A DNA stretch of 64,000 bases from a virus. Its lineage: Duplodnaviria; Caudoviricetes. The DNA is taken from IMG/VR virus record IMGVR_UViG_3300013121_000037, positions 48,345 through 112,344 of that record. One strand, written 5' to 3'. The position numbers and the translations under genes are program-made. The notes beneath the pieces were generated by a model. The model did no database searches. It worked only from the letters and a program-made list of their open reading frames with translations, and had not been told where the DNA came from. Shown here in pieces: positions 10,620 through 20,292 of the stretch (positions within the stretch are counted from its first letter, which is position 1; the number at the start of each line of letters is the position of its first letter).

Positions 10620-10710
10620 AACAAAATCAGCCATTGTTTCCAGCAGTGTGACCTGCGAGTCCACCCTCACGACAGAGGTGATTCGCAACTGCTGGAAACA
10701 ATGGCTGAGA
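10620..10710 (-). ncRNA. putative small structured RNA or leader
   Basis: Perfect 21-bp inverted repeat 10627-10647/10688-10708, followed on the minus strand by TTTTGTTT; lies just downstream of a promoter. Confidence 0.45.
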
Positions 10711-10714
10711 GTGT

Positions 10715-10743
10715 ATTCTCAGTGTCGTGATGCTGCTTTTCAA
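10715..10743 (-). promoter_or_regulatory. sigma70-like promoter
   Basis: TTGAAA-17 bp-GAGAAT. Confidence 0.5.
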
Positions 10744-10764
10744 GTGCCGGTCAATAGCACAGAA

Positions 10765-11511
10765 TCAGAATTTACCCGAAGCGTCATCCCCGTGCAACCG
10801 ACGCTGCTCTACAAAATCGATAATTTCTTTGGGCACGAACATGCCGGGCATGTAGTTGGTGCCCTGGTAACGAAACGGCAGCAGGACGCGGGTAACACCG
10901 TTCTCGGTGCGCAGGCAGCGTGCGGTTGGTTCGCGGCGCTCCAGTTCTGCCAGCACTGCCGCTGCCTGCCGGTGACTGTACCCGGTCGCAATGGCCTCGG
11001 AGATACCATACTGCAACAGGCGTTTCAGTTGCATATCGCTGACACGCTCCCGCGGCGAAAAGGTAAACGGTTCATCCGCCTTCAGTTCTACAGGATTTCC
11101 GGATAACTCAGCAACGAGTTCCGCCAGGTTGCTGTTCTTTTCCTGTCGGACAGTGTTGAGCAACTCTTCCGTCAACTCATACGCCCGCTTCTCTGTCAGG
11201 TTGGTGGCAGTAACCCCCAATTGTTTCAGCAACTCCATCTGCCACTTCAGTGCTGGTCGCTGGTCGCTCAGGCCGACTGCAACCGGTTCCGGTTTCTTAC
11301 CGAAACTGACCACATGCGGCACTGCCACGGTTTTCTCGGGTGCTGGTTTCAGCCAGGTCGTTGCCAGTACACTGTCCAGCAGTTCGCCGTTGCGGCCATG
11401 CCAGAGACAGCGGCAGGTTGGTCCGTCCCGGTGAACTTCGGCCACCGTCATCCGGGGACCGCCGGACTTCAGTTGTACCACGTCACCCACCGCGAATTTC
11501 ACTTCAGCCAT
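10765..11511 (-). CDS. YodC/DUF2158-domain fusion protein
   Basis: KFAVGDVVQLKSGGPRMTV N-terminus. Confidence 0.7.
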   Translation of the reverse strand: MAEVKFAVGDVVQLKSGGPRMTVAEVHRDGPTCRCLWHGRNGELLDSVLATTWLKPAPEKTVAVPHVVSFGKKPEPVAVGLSDQRPALKWQMELLKQLGVTATNLTEKRAYELTEELLNTVRQEKNSNLAELVAELSGNPVELKADEPFTFSPRERVSDMQLKRLLQYGISEAIATGYSHRQAAAVLAELERREPTARCLRTENGVTRVLLPFRYQGTNYMPGMFVPKEIIDFVEQRRLHGDDASGKF

Positions 11512-11619
11512 CGACTCACCTCGCTTCTGCTGCGCAAAACTCGACTGTCTACTTTTGCCCACCTTGATCAGGAATGCGATTCACTGCTGCGCAAAATGCA
11601 ACTGTCTACTTTTGCGCAG

Positions 11620-11883
11620 TTACTCCAGTTCCCAGCCAGCGGCAACCAGTTCGTCATGGGTGATGACTGCCACTTTCAGCAACTGGCAGGTGCAGACAAA
11701 GAAACCGCTGGACACAACATAGGTCACCGCCTCGATCCGAAACACCCGGCCAACCCCTGGAAATGGCACATTATCGAGTTGGCAGGCCAGTCCTGGGAAG
11801 GGCGGGAACGGCAAACGGATACGCTGTTCGTAGACGTGTCCCGTGGGCGCCACAATTTTGCAGTGAACAGGGAAGCCGCTCAT
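11620..11883 (-). CDS. hypothetical protein
   Basis: Coupled to the upstream ORF; stop codon abuts a palindrome. Confidence 0.5.
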   Translation of the reverse strand: MSGFPVHCKIVAPTGHVYEQRIRLPFPPFPGLACQLDNVPFPGVGRVFRIEAVTYVVSSGFFVCTCQLLKVAVITHDELVAAGWELE

Positions 11884-12359
11884 GCCGTCACCTTCAGCAA
11901 CAACCGCGCCAGGCAGACAGCGTGGGGTGCCGTCTTTGCTTCGACAAATTCCACTTGATTGCTACTGGCGTAATCCCAGATCGTGACAACGTAGTCACCA
12001 CGTTGGCGCCGCGTCAAAATCACACCGCAATCAGTGCCAAACGACTCCAGCACCTCTTCCAGGTCGCGGAATTCGGTGCTGTAGTTCGGTAGGTCGCGGA
12101 TCACTTCGCCTTGCGCGTCACGCTGCCGCGAACCGCAACGCCACCAATCTGCGTAGCGATTGTCTGGGAACTCGTCGGGCAATTCCGTGAACACCAATGG
12201 GTTGAAATTCCAGCGCACGAAATCCGGTGTGTCGGGCGGAAATAACCCAGCCAAATTATGATTATTGTTGCGCCACCAGCGCCAGCCAAAGACGTGATAG
12301 GCTATCAGGCCGTCGAGTTGCCGTCCGGGTGGCAGAGCGAGAATTTCAGCACGGGTCAT
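11880..12359 (-). CDS. phage ABA-sandwich (BC1872-like) protein
   Basis: GRQLDGLIAYHVFGW...LPNYST...APHAVCLARL. Confidence 0.6.
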   Translation of the reverse strand: MTRAEILALPPGRQLDGLIAYHVFGWRWWRNNNHNLAGLFPPDTPDFVRWNFNPLVFTELPDEFPDNRYADWWRCGSRQRDAQGEVIRDLPNYSTEFRDLEEVLESFGTDCGVILTRRQRGDYVVTIWDYASSNQVEFVEAKTAPHAVCLARLLLKVTA

Positions 12360-12361
12360 GG

Positions 12362-12604
12362 TCACTCCTCCTGGCCGCTCAGGGTACGCTGCACCAGATC
12401 CAGACGGCGCTGCAAGATAGCCTTGTCACGCTCCAATCTGCCAATGGTATCCAGGTGCCGGTCGGCACAATGCGACCACGTTCGGGCGTTGTCCAGGTTG
12501 CTGTTAGCCGCATGGAGTTCCTTGCGACACAGCACAAAAAACACCAGCGCCAGGCCAAAGGTGACCAACAGCAACACTTCACAGTATTCCGGAGTCAAAA
12601 ACAT
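12362..12604 (-). CDS. small membrane-anchored coiled-coil protein
   Basis: One N-terminal hydrophobic segment. Confidence 0.45.
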   Translation of the reverse strand: MFLTPEYCEVLLLVTFGLALVFFVLCRKELHAANSNLDNARTWSHCADRHLDTIGRLERDKAILQRRLDLVQRTLSGQEE

Positions 12605-13071
12605 CAGCAGTCCTCCTCGAATGGTCCGTACACCTCGACCATCAGCGCCGCAGCCTCGTGCAGTCCCAGTTTTTTGGCTTCAGAGACGTAGTGGGGCCAA
12701 CCATTGCCGTTGCTCACCTCCTCGCTCAATCCGCATAGACTGGGCCGCGACTCCCACCCCTTGCACCCTTCTGCTTTCTCGATTCTCTCGATGGCGTCCA
12801 GGATGGCCTCGCATTTCATACATCGGACGTAGTCAAATGTCTCACCGAAATCGTGCTGATCGTTGGGACAGGTGACACCCGTGGTGCCGTCCTCGCTGTT
12901 GGCATCCTCGCAGAAGCGGCACAACTCATACTGCTGCTGATGGATGGTGCGCCGCTGTTCGCTGGCAGCGATGAGACGGTGGCACTCGTTGCAGGTGGTA
13001 GCCGTGGCTGATGCCACGATGTTGCTATCGACTACCTCCGCGTACCAGTCATAGTCGATGTCAAAGCACAT
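12604..13071 (-). CDS. Cys-rich hypothetical protein
   Basis: GGAGG RBS; several CxxC motifs. Confidence 0.55.
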   Translation of the reverse strand: MCFDIDYDWYAEVVDSNIVASATATTCNECHRLIAASEQRRTIHQQQYELCRFCEDANSEDGTTGVTCPNDQHDFGETFDYVRCMKCEAILDAIERIEKAEGCKGWESRPSLCGLSEEVSNGNGWPHYVSEAKKLGLHEAAALMVEVYGPFEEDC

Positions 13072-13167
13072 AGGTTGCCTCCATTAGCACAAGTGGTCTT
13101 CCAACCGCGACACATCACGCTGCAAGGCTGCGCATTGTCGCTCCAGTTCCTGCACCCGCTGTTGGCT

Positions 13168-14151
13168 TCAGTGACGTAGTGGATACCTGCCCTGATACCA
13201 GAACTCTTCGGGTTTCACCCGTCCCCACAATCCCCGAATGCTGTAGAACCGCTGCCAGGCGATCAGCGTTGGTTCATCCCAGTCGTACAGGGTTGGCAAT
13301 GGCCCACCCAGCCAGTCCAATGGACGCAGGCGTTGCGGCCAGGGGTGGGCACCGTTGGCGATAATCTCCCGCAAGCGCTGGGCGCAAGACTCTTTCGGCT
13401 CATTGCCGATCAGGCAGTACACCCGGACCTTTTCCCCGGTATAGCCATGCTCACGCAACAAGCGTAGCATGGTCAGCGCTTCGTCGCGTTCGCTCAAATC
13501 GTCGTAGCCAAAGCGCCAGTAGCGCAGGGGGAATTGCCGCCAGCGCTCCAGGGTTGCGCCGTCAAACGTATGCGGTTCAAAACCACTGTTGCAGTCTACC
13601 AGTCCACCGCCCCAACTCTCCTGATAGCGGCGAATGATGTGCAGTTGATATTCCGCTGGTAATGCGGACAGGTTGTTGTCCAGCAACAGCGGCGATGGTT
13701 GGGCATCGGGATAGTACCGAAACGCTGTCCACTCCAAACGCGGTACAGGGCAATTGCCGCAGGCTTTGGTGTACGCTGGACAGCCGCGACTGAAGTAGAC
13801 CATCGGATATTGACCGGGTTCGCGTTCAAAGCGGTCGTCGATGCCGACAAATGGCTCTATGCCCGTCTCCCGCCGTACATAATCGGTGTTGGCTGGATGG
13901 AACGATACCGCTGGTCCGCCAATCCACACCTCTCCGCTGTAACGGTGCTTGGCGAGGCGGGCCATCTCCACCAGTGTCGGCAGACGCCAGGAGAACACTG
14001 CCGAGAAACAGTAGAGGTCCGCTTGATCAAAGAGCGGATCCAGAGTTGTCTGCTCGCTCACCTCCCAGCCCTGACGACGTAGCCACCGGGCCAGTTTGAG
14101 TGCGCCCAGAGATTCTAGACGACAACCTACTGTGACCACAATGGCTTTCAT
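13168..14151 (-). CDS. radical SAM protein with B12-binding-like N-terminal domain
   Basis: SAVFSW...IGGPA; SRGCPAYTKACGNCPVP cysteine cluster; LLDNNL. Confidence 0.75.
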   Translation of the reverse strand: MKAIVVTVGCRLESLGALKLARWLRRQGWEVSEQTTLDPLFDQADLYCFSAVFSWRLPTLVEMARLAKHRYSGEVWIGGPAVSFHPANTDYVRRETGIEPFVGIDDRFEREPGQYPMVYFSRGCPAYTKACGNCPVPRLEWTAFRYYPDAQPSPLLLDNNLSALPAEYQLHIIRRYQESWGGGLVDCNSGFEPHTFDGATLERWRQFPLRYWRFGYDDLSERDEALTMLRLLREHGYTGEKVRVYCLIGNEPKESCAQRLREIIANGAHPWPQRLRPLDWLGGPLPTLYDWDEPTLIAWQRFYSIRGLWGRVKPEEFWYQGRYPLRH

Positions 14152-14203
14152 GTCACCTCCGCGTACCAGTCGTAGTCAGCCGTGAAGCACATGGTTACTC
14201 TCC

Positions 14204-14704
14204 CTATGTCGCCTGCCGTAGACGGTGGAACCCGGCGATGCCTTCCTGTTGCGCAGCCACCTGCCGCTCCAACTCCAGCACCCGTGCCTGGAGTTGGTCC
14301 AGCATTTTCTGCTCGCCATCGGAGAGCGTGCGCCAACGCGCCGCCTCGGCGCGGGCAGCAGCACATTCACGCTCGGCGGCGTGGCAGCGGCGGATGATGG
14401 CTGGTGTGGCGGTACGAGCGAGAGCGAGGAACTCACGATCTGCACTCGGCGCAGAGCATCCGCAGTCATTACAGCCAACGATGGCTAAGGGGCGAAACTC
14501 GCCGAATAATCTCTGCTCGAAGTCGTCTTTGACAGGGCGGTGCGTGGTCAAGGTGTTTCGATTCGAGCCGCCATCTCTGGTCCAATCTTCCCATGTCCAC
14601 GGCCCAGGCGTGGCAGCCTCACACACGGCCAGGTCTGCCGCCAGGTCGCGGGCCAGGTCGTCAGGCGTGGGTGGGGGGATGGTGGATGGTGGATGGTCGC
14701 TCAT
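14204..14704 (-). CDS. Ead/Ea22-like protein
   Basis: AATPGPW...ADREFLALAR. Confidence 0.6.
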   Translation of the reverse strand: MSDHPPSTIPPPTPDDLARDLAADLAVCEAATPGPWTWEDWTRDGGSNRNTLTTHRPVKDDFEQRLFGEFRPLAIVGCNDCGCSAPSADREFLALARTATPAIIRRCHAAERECAAARAEAARWRTLSDGEQKMLDQLQARVLELERQVAAQQEGIAGFHRLRQAT

Positions 14705-15033
14705 GGTTCATCTCCGTGCGCAATGCGGGTCTGCCTGTGCTCCTCGCGACAGTCAGGACAGTAATTGCCGTCCGCTACACCGTGCTCACAGATACCCGCC
14801 TCACTGAGCCAATCCCGATAGGCATTGTGAACCGCCACGGCGCAGACGTGGCAGAGGACAAATGACGCCACGGTGCCGTTGTGCTGCGGCACCTCGACAA
14901 CAAGACAATCGCTGTCGCCCAGCACCAGGAGGCAGTCACAGCACTGGCAGCGTGTGGTGTCCTCGATAATGGCATCTTCCAGAGCGGTAAGTTCAACGAA
15001 GTCACTCACTTCATTTGTCCTCCACGGTGCCAT
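14701..15033 (-). CDS. Cys-rich hypothetical protein
   Basis: Coupled ORF; CEHGVADGNYCPDC. Confidence 0.45.
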   Translation of the reverse strand: MAPWRTNEVSDFVELTALEDAIIEDTTRCQCCDCLLVLGDSDCLVVEVPQHNGTVASFVLCHVCAVAVHNAYRDWLSEAGICEHGVADGNYCPDCREEHRQTRIAHGDEP

Positions 15034-15448
15034 CTAGCCAGATCACCTTGACCGGCTTGCCTCGCTTGATGGCATAGTCCATCGTGTAAAACGTGCCGCC
15101 ATGATTTTGCCAGGTTGCCACGCCCGAACAGCCAATCAGCAACTCAGTGGCGTCCACGATGTCGCGATTGCGGGCGAGGTATGGCTTCGCGGGCAACGTC
15201 TGGTCAGCGTGTTTGTTGAAGGCGCGGTGGGTTTCATCCACGGGCGGATGGCAGATGATGTCCCAGGTGTCGCCATCCTCAGCGTCCTGTCTCAGTTCAT
15301 GCACCATGTCGGCGGCATCGTCGTCAGCACCAATGCAGTCGCCGTGGTGGAACTCGGTGAACGTCGGCAGTTCACTGATGATAGCCGTGAAAGCCTGACA
15401 TTGCTCCGGGGTCATCCCGTTGCGTGTGCCAGTGAAGCCGATTTTCAT
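15011..15448 (-). CDS. SLOG/DprA-like Rossmannoid protein
   Basis: KIGFTGTR, HHGDCIGAD, RNRDIVD and GGTFYT motifs. Confidence 0.7.
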   Translation of the reverse strand: MKIGFTGTRNGMTPEQCQAFTAIISELPTFTEFHHGDCIGADDDAADMVHELRQDAEDGDTWDIICHPPVDETHRAFNKHADQTLPAKPYLARNRDIVDATELLIGCSGVATWQNHGGTFYTMDYAIKRGKPVKVIWLDGTVEDK

Positions 15449-15469
15449 TTCGCACCTCCACGATCATAG

Positions 15470-15682
15470 TTAAGTAGCCTTATAGTATCCACAATCATCG
15501 CATTTCTGATGAAAGTCGGAACCGCATTTGTAATCAGAGGAAGTCCATTTTCTTAGGTTAGGATGAGTGCAAACAGTCTGCAAAGCAGTTATTTGCGCTT
15601 TCACCTCAGTAACCTTTCCTTCTAAAACCACCAATTTTGCTATCAATTTTGCATGTTTCTCTTGAATCTGCTCTTGGGTCAT
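15470..15682 (-). CDS. low-GC hypothetical protein
   Basis: GAGGTG RBS; visibly AT-rich compared with its flanks. Confidence 0.45.
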   Translation of the reverse strand: MTQEQIQEKHAKLIAKLVVLEGKVTEVKAQITALQTVCTHPNLRKWTSSDYKCGSDFHQKCDDCGYYKAT

Positions 15683-15797
15683 TTCACACCTCAATTTAGA
15701 CAAATGCAAACCCAGTAAGGCCAACTACCTCGCCGCATGTGCCACCCGTGGTGATAGAGCACCACAACCGTGCCGCTGACTCCAATCCAATTGGATG

Positions 15798-16781
15798 TTA
15801 GCATTTCACACCTCGCAACAGGTCGATTGCCCAGCAGCCGCGCACATGCGGCCCGCGCAGGGGAACCCAGGTAGTTTCACGTTTCCAGCCGCGCCCAACA
15901 CAATGACGACAGTTCGGCGGGATCATGTATTTCACATGCGGTCGATTCAACTTGTCCAGGTCTCTACCAGAACCTTTACAACGCCAGCACTTCTCCGGCA
16001 CCTGTTCCTGTCCCCGCAGGTGACGCAACAACACCTCCTCGCAGCACCCCGCTTCCTCCAGGGCATCGGCGATAATGGCCAACCGTCCCGGGTCCAGTTC
16101 GCCCATCTCCAGTGTGCCGGTGCCGTGGCAGTCGGGACACGGATCACTACCCAAACGATACATACCAGAGTACGCCGGTACTCTTCCCTCACCCTTGCAC
16201 TTCTCACACAACCTGTTCACCCGCTCCTGATACGCCTCCTCGGCCAGACGCAGGATGGTGCCGTCCCGCCAGGTGAGCCAATGGCGGGGGACACGAAAAT
16301 GCTTGCGCCCATAACCAATTTCGTCCACGGGTTCCACCAGATGCATCGGGCGGAAGGGGTTGCCGATGATGTCGCGGAGCAGATTGGCCTGGACAGCAGG
16401 CGGAACACACTCGTCGCGGTCATACTGGCTGAGATTGCAGACCAGATCAGGACCGATATCAATGAGGCAATCTCGATCCCACAACTCTGCGTAGCGTGAC
16501 GGCGACCCTGGTGGATCGTTGAACAATTCATCAGGATAGGCTTTTTCCCGCTCATCCTCCGTCGCCAGTCCATCCGCATAGCGCTCTGCCACCTCTACCG
16601 CTTTCCGACTGCGGGAATCGGTGAGGAGTGGCCAGACCTGGCGGCAGCAGGCACAGGCAAACAGTCTGAGCTTCCGGTCGGTAATTACCGGGTGAACTGA
16701 CGGACGGTAATCACGCTCGTCGTTACACCACTCCAGCATCCGCTGCGGGTTCGTGCAGGTCAGCCACTCGGTTTCGGTCAT
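15798..16781 (-). CDS. MTETEWL family protein, paralogue 2
   Basis: Same conserved blocks as 1884..2762, with DnaJ-like CxxCxGxG inserts. Confidence 0.75.
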   Translation of the reverse strand: MTETEWLTCTNPQRMLEWCNDERDYRPSVHPVITDRKLRLFACACCRQVWPLLTDSRSRKAVEVAERYADGLATEDEREKAYPDELFNDPPGSPSRYAELWDRDCLIDIGPDLVCNLSQYDRDECVPPAVQANLLRDIIGNPFRPMHLVEPVDEIGYGRKHFRVPRHWLTWRDGTILRLAEEAYQERVNRLCEKCKGEGRVPAYSGMYRLGSDPCPDCHGTGTLEMGELDPGRLAIIADALEEAGCCEEVLLRHLRGQEQVPEKCWRCKGSGRDLDKLNRPHVKYMIPPNCRHCVGRGWKRETTWVPLRGPHVRGCWAIDLLRGVKC

Positions 16782-16999
16782 GGCACTTTCTCCAGTGTCA
16801 CGGGTGGAGTGTCCAAAACCCGGCGTAAACTGGCCAGCGGAAACCAGTCCCGTTCCACCTGGTCGTCCTTCGTGTGCCAGATACACTCCACCTGCCGCAG
16901 ATTATCGTTCACCTTGGCCACGCTCATCCGCGGTCCCCCAGCAGTCAGGGTCACCACATCGCCCACCTGCAACTCCTGCCCGCTGCCCGCACTGACCAC
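16778..16999 (-). CDS. YodC/DUF2158 family protein
   Basis: LQVGDVVTLTAGGPRMSV...CIW...FPLASL. Confidence 0.7.
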   Translation of the reverse strand: MVSAGSGQELQVGDVVTLTAGGPRMSVAKVNDNLRQVECIWHTKDDQVERDWFPLASLRRVLDTPPVTLEKVP

Positions 17000-17058
17000 A
17001 GCACACCTCTCTCTATTGCTGCGCAAAAGTAAACAGTCGCATTTTGCGCAGTGGCTTC

Positions 17059-17793
17059 TCAGGGTGCTACACACCCGCATTCCAGCCAGGCCCGGTGAAC
17101 CAACGGCCAACCTGTTTTCAGCATGGTTTCACAGGCACGCGCCGCTTCCTCGATCTCCGCTTGCGGTTGACTTACCACGGCAGCATCTTCGTTGTGGATA
17201 CGCAAGGACAGGAAGTGCAAAAGTGACCGTGGATTGCACTGGGCAAAGCAGGTGGTGTAGGTCGCCAGCGGCAGTACGACCCGGGCCACTTCGGCGGCAA
17301 TACCTGCCGTTGTCACCAGATTCTTGTAGGCAGACCAACCGGTTGCGTAAGAGAAACGCAACATTTCCAGCAAAACGGTGTAGTCTTGCTTGGAAATGGC
17401 CACCAGTTGCGGTACGGTCGGTTTGTGTTCCGGACCTGTGGTGAGTGGTCGGTTGGCACGCGGAACCCAGAACACTGGTTGTAGTGGTGGCGGATTACCA
17501 ACACGATGCCAGCGCCCGCTTAACTCAGCATAACTCCAACCCACCCGATGCCGCTGCCATTGTCTGATGACAAACAGCGGCACATGCAAACGAAAATCCA
17601 GACAGCCAAACTCAAACACACTGCCGTGTCGCTTTTTCATCAGCATGCGGATGAGACGATAAACCTCCTCATCACTGGCAGTATCGGCGTTCTTGCCTGC
17701 TGTGCCCCAGGCACGGGCGGCAATCAAACGGTCGCCACCGTAAGTACCTTCCAGAGTGCAACTTATTTCACTGGTAAGTGTGATGTCGCTCAT
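17059..17793 (-). CDS. thyX: flavin-dependent thymidylate synthase
   Basis: HGSVFEF, RQWQRHR...SYAELSGRW, EVARVVLP, LSLR...QAEI. Confidence 0.9.
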   Translation of the reverse strand: MSDITLTSEISCTLEGTYGGDRLIAARAWGTAGKNADTASDEEVYRLIRMLMKKRHGSVFEFGCLDFRLHVPLFVIRQWQRHRVGWSYAELSGRWHRVGNPPPLQPVFWVPRANRPLTTGPEHKPTVPQLVAISKQDYTVLLEMLRFSYATGWSAYKNLVTTAGIAAEVARVVLPLATYTTCFAQCNPRSLLHFLSLRIHNEDAAVVSQPQAEIEEAARACETMLKTGWPLVHRAWLECGCVAP

Positions 17794-18043
17794 GCTGGCT
17801 TCTAACCAGTTCCTTCCTTTTGCCGTTTTTTCTGCCACCGTTCCTGCGCCGCTGCGTTCCACTGCCGAATCATCTCCAGGTCCGCATCCATCCGGGCCGC
17901 ATCCACCAGCACCACCTCTCCCGTAAACGACCAGATGGCATAGCAGACCTGCCCACAACGCGGCAACCGCTCCACCGGTTTGGCTTCTGGCACCTCTTCC
18001 AGCAGTTCCTGTTCCTCTTCTTCGCTCACCTGCTGTTCGCCTC

Positions 18044-18370
18044 TCACTTCCTCTGCAACTTCTGCCGCAGTTCTGCACACTGGTGTTGCTTCTTCTCCCA
18101 GGTTGCCTCGCACATCTGTAGCAACGTGGCGATGTCGGCAGGTGGATTGTGGACATACTCGGCTGGATTTTCCTGGCGCAGTTCCTCCACCGCCAGCGTT
18201 TCCAGATCGAAGTCTTCTTCCCAGGAAGCGAGGTCCAGATCCTGCACGATTTGCCGGAACACCTCCCGGTAGAGGTGTGCCCGCAGGTTACGCAGCGCCA
18301 TCCCGTCTGGCACCGTCACCACCACGGTTGCCAGCGACTTCTTGCTCAACGTCACCGTCACAATCGCCAT
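18044..18370 (-). CDS. hypothetical protein
   Basis: Preceded by a tandemly repeated RBS. Confidence 0.5.
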   Translation of the reverse strand: MAIVTVTLSKKSLATVVVTVPDGMALRNLRAHLYREVFRQIVQDLDLASWEEDFDLETLAVEELRQENPAEYVHNPPADIATLLQMCEATWEKKQHQCAELRQKLQRK

Positions 18371-18375
18371 TGCTT

Positions 18376-18432
18376 TTCCTCAATTTCTTCCTCAATTTCT
18401 TCCTCAATTTCTTCCTCAATTTCTTCCTCAAT
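18376..18432 (-). repeat. 12-bp tandem repeat (ATTGAGGAAGAA) x4 plus one partial unit
   Basis: TTCTTCCTCAAT at 18385, 18397, 18409 and 18421, plus a partial unit at 18376. Confidence 0.95.
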
Positions 18433-18482
18433 ACCAACACCACTGCGCAAAAGTAGACAGTTACATTTTGCGCAGCGACCTG

Positions 18483-18845
18483 TCAGCACACTTCTTCCAG
18501 TATCAGCACGGTCTTCTTCTCGGCGCTGCGGGTCAGGGTCACCTGCACCAGGCCATCGAGCCAGGTTGGCGAGTCATCCACCAGCAGTCCGGCCCGCTTC
18601 AGGCTATCGCACAGCAGTTTGCTAAAAGCGTCCAGGTCGGGCATGACACCCCGCCGCCACCCGTACAGATGCAGCGCCACCCGTCGCTTCCCGGTCGCCT
18701 GCGGCACGTTCTGGTTGTGCGCTTCCGCCGCCAGGATGTCTGTCGTGGCCGTCTTCAACCGGTGCGCCGTCCGCCAGTGCCGCCCAAAGCACTGATTGAG
18801 GCGGGGCGGATGCCAGTTGGCAATGGTGAGTGTGTGAGTTGTCAT
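18483..18845 (-). CDS. RusA-like Holliday junction resolvase
   Basis: PPRLN N-terminus; PDLDAFSKLLCDSLKRAGLLVDDS. Confidence 0.75.
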   Translation of the reverse strand: MTTHTLTIANWHPPRLNQCFGRHWRTAHRLKTATTDILAAEAHNQNVPQATGKRRVALHLYGWRRGVMPDLDAFSKLLCDSLKRAGLLVDDSPTWLDGLVQVTLTRSAEKKTVLILEEVC

Positions 18846-18851
18846 TGTGTT

Positions 18852-19394
18852 TCACTTCGCCAAAGTAACCCCGGTCTGGTTCTGGTACTTGCCCTGCTTG
18901 TCGGCATAGGTCTTTTCCGGCCTGTCCTCACAGCGGAGAAAGATCATCTGGCAAATACCATGCCACACCCGTAACTTGACCCACGACCCGGTCAGGTTGC
19001 TGATCTCAATGGTGAGTTTGCCGCGCCAACCCGGTTCCGCCGGGGTGGTGTTGCACAGCACCCCTACCCGCGCATAGGTGCTCTTTCCTAGCGCAATCGC
19101 CAGACAGTCGTCTGGCATGGTGATTTCTTCCAGACTTTCCCCCAGCACAAACCCGCGTGGTTCGAGCATGTAGAACTGGTCCTGCCGGACGTTTTTCCAC
19201 AGTTCCGGGTCCAGGTTCAGAGGATCGAGAATGTGATGCGGGCCACCCGTGTAACAGCGAAAATTCGCCCCTAACCGCAGGTCATACCCGGCACTCGACA
19301 ACCCCGAAGAAATGATGCCCGTCCCATTGACTCCCGCACTGAAGGGAACCAACCCCACCACCTGTCGCAGTACATGATCTGGTAACACGCTCAC
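18852..19394 (-). CDS. dcd: dCTP deaminase
   Basis: SSAGYDLRL, GKSTYARVG, TPAEPGWRGKLTIEISN, YADKQGKYQNQ. Confidence 0.92.
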   Translation of the reverse strand: MSVLPDHVLRQVVGLVPFSAGVNGTGIISSGLSSAGYDLRLGANFRCYTGGPHHILDPLNLDPELWKNVRQDQFYMLEPRGFVLGESLEEITMPDDCLAIALGKSTYARVGVLCNTTPAEPGWRGKLTIEISNLTGSWVKLRVWHGICQMIFLRCEDRPEKTYADKQGKYQNQTGVTLAK

Positions 19395-19661
19395 AATTAC
19401 TCCTCCTCTTCCTCACTTGCTGCGCAAAACTCGACACCAGCATTTTGCCCACCCAGTTCATTGACTGCACACCCCAGCACCGCGGCTATGCGTGCCATCA
19501 CCTCTTCCTGCACAGCAATCACCCGCTGCCGGTCCCGGTGGTGCAACTGGCCATGATCGCGGCACCAGTCCAGGGCGACGAGCAAGGTGGCGCTGGCATC
19601 CAGCAGCACCAGGGCCTCGGCATGACGCAGACGCTTGCGCACAGCGGTTTTTGGCATGCGG

Positions 19662-20283
19662 TTATTCCTCGGTTTCCTGTTCACTCATCTTCATTGCCAT
19701 CTGCCACACTGCACCCAGCGGCTCCAGTTGGCGCACCACCTTGTAGATGCCGCACAACTTCTCCAGCGCATCCCAGTCAATCCGCCGCACCAGCGTCAGG
19801 ATACGTTGGGTGGTGTCTGCTGGTGCGACTGCTGGTACTGTCGGGTTGTCCCGGAGTTGTCCCTGTTGCCGCAAAATCTGTTCGCGTGCCTTGTCGTACA
19901 GCAGACCGCAGTTCTGCAAAAACTGCTTCCAGTAATCTTGCCGAAAGAGTGCCAGCAGAAGGTGTTCGGTGCCAACGTAGTTGTTCTTCAGGCTTTTCGC
20001 CTCTTCAATGGCGTGCTGCACCAGTTGCTTGACTGACTCGTTTTGCGGTAAGCGGTCAACACATGGTTTGGCTGCACGGATTGACACCACATTCGACAGC
20101 GTCATTTGCAAGTCACGCAGGTTGCACCCCAGACTGGTCAGCGCGGCAATGGCGTTGCCACTACCTTCTTCCAGCAGGCCCAGCAACACATCCGCCACGT
20201 CCACAAACTCACTGCCGCGCTGCAGGGCCGTGCGGTTGGCCAGATGCATCACCTTGCGCACGGTCAGTAAAGCGTTCGTACAT
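19662..20283 (-). pseudogene. Clp protease N-terminal (ClpC-N repeat) protein with an apparent 2-nt deletion near codon 9
   Basis: MYERFTDRA is in one frame and RKVMHLA...NYVGTEHLLLAL in another; no AAA+ domain. Confidence 0.6.
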
Positions 20284-20292
20284 GGTCCTACC

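Noticed and set aside
2073-16135. Near-identical blocks in the MTETEWL paralogues as a DGR template/variable repeat pair
   Set aside because: No reverse transcriptase in the window, and both copies lie inside intact paralogous ORFs.
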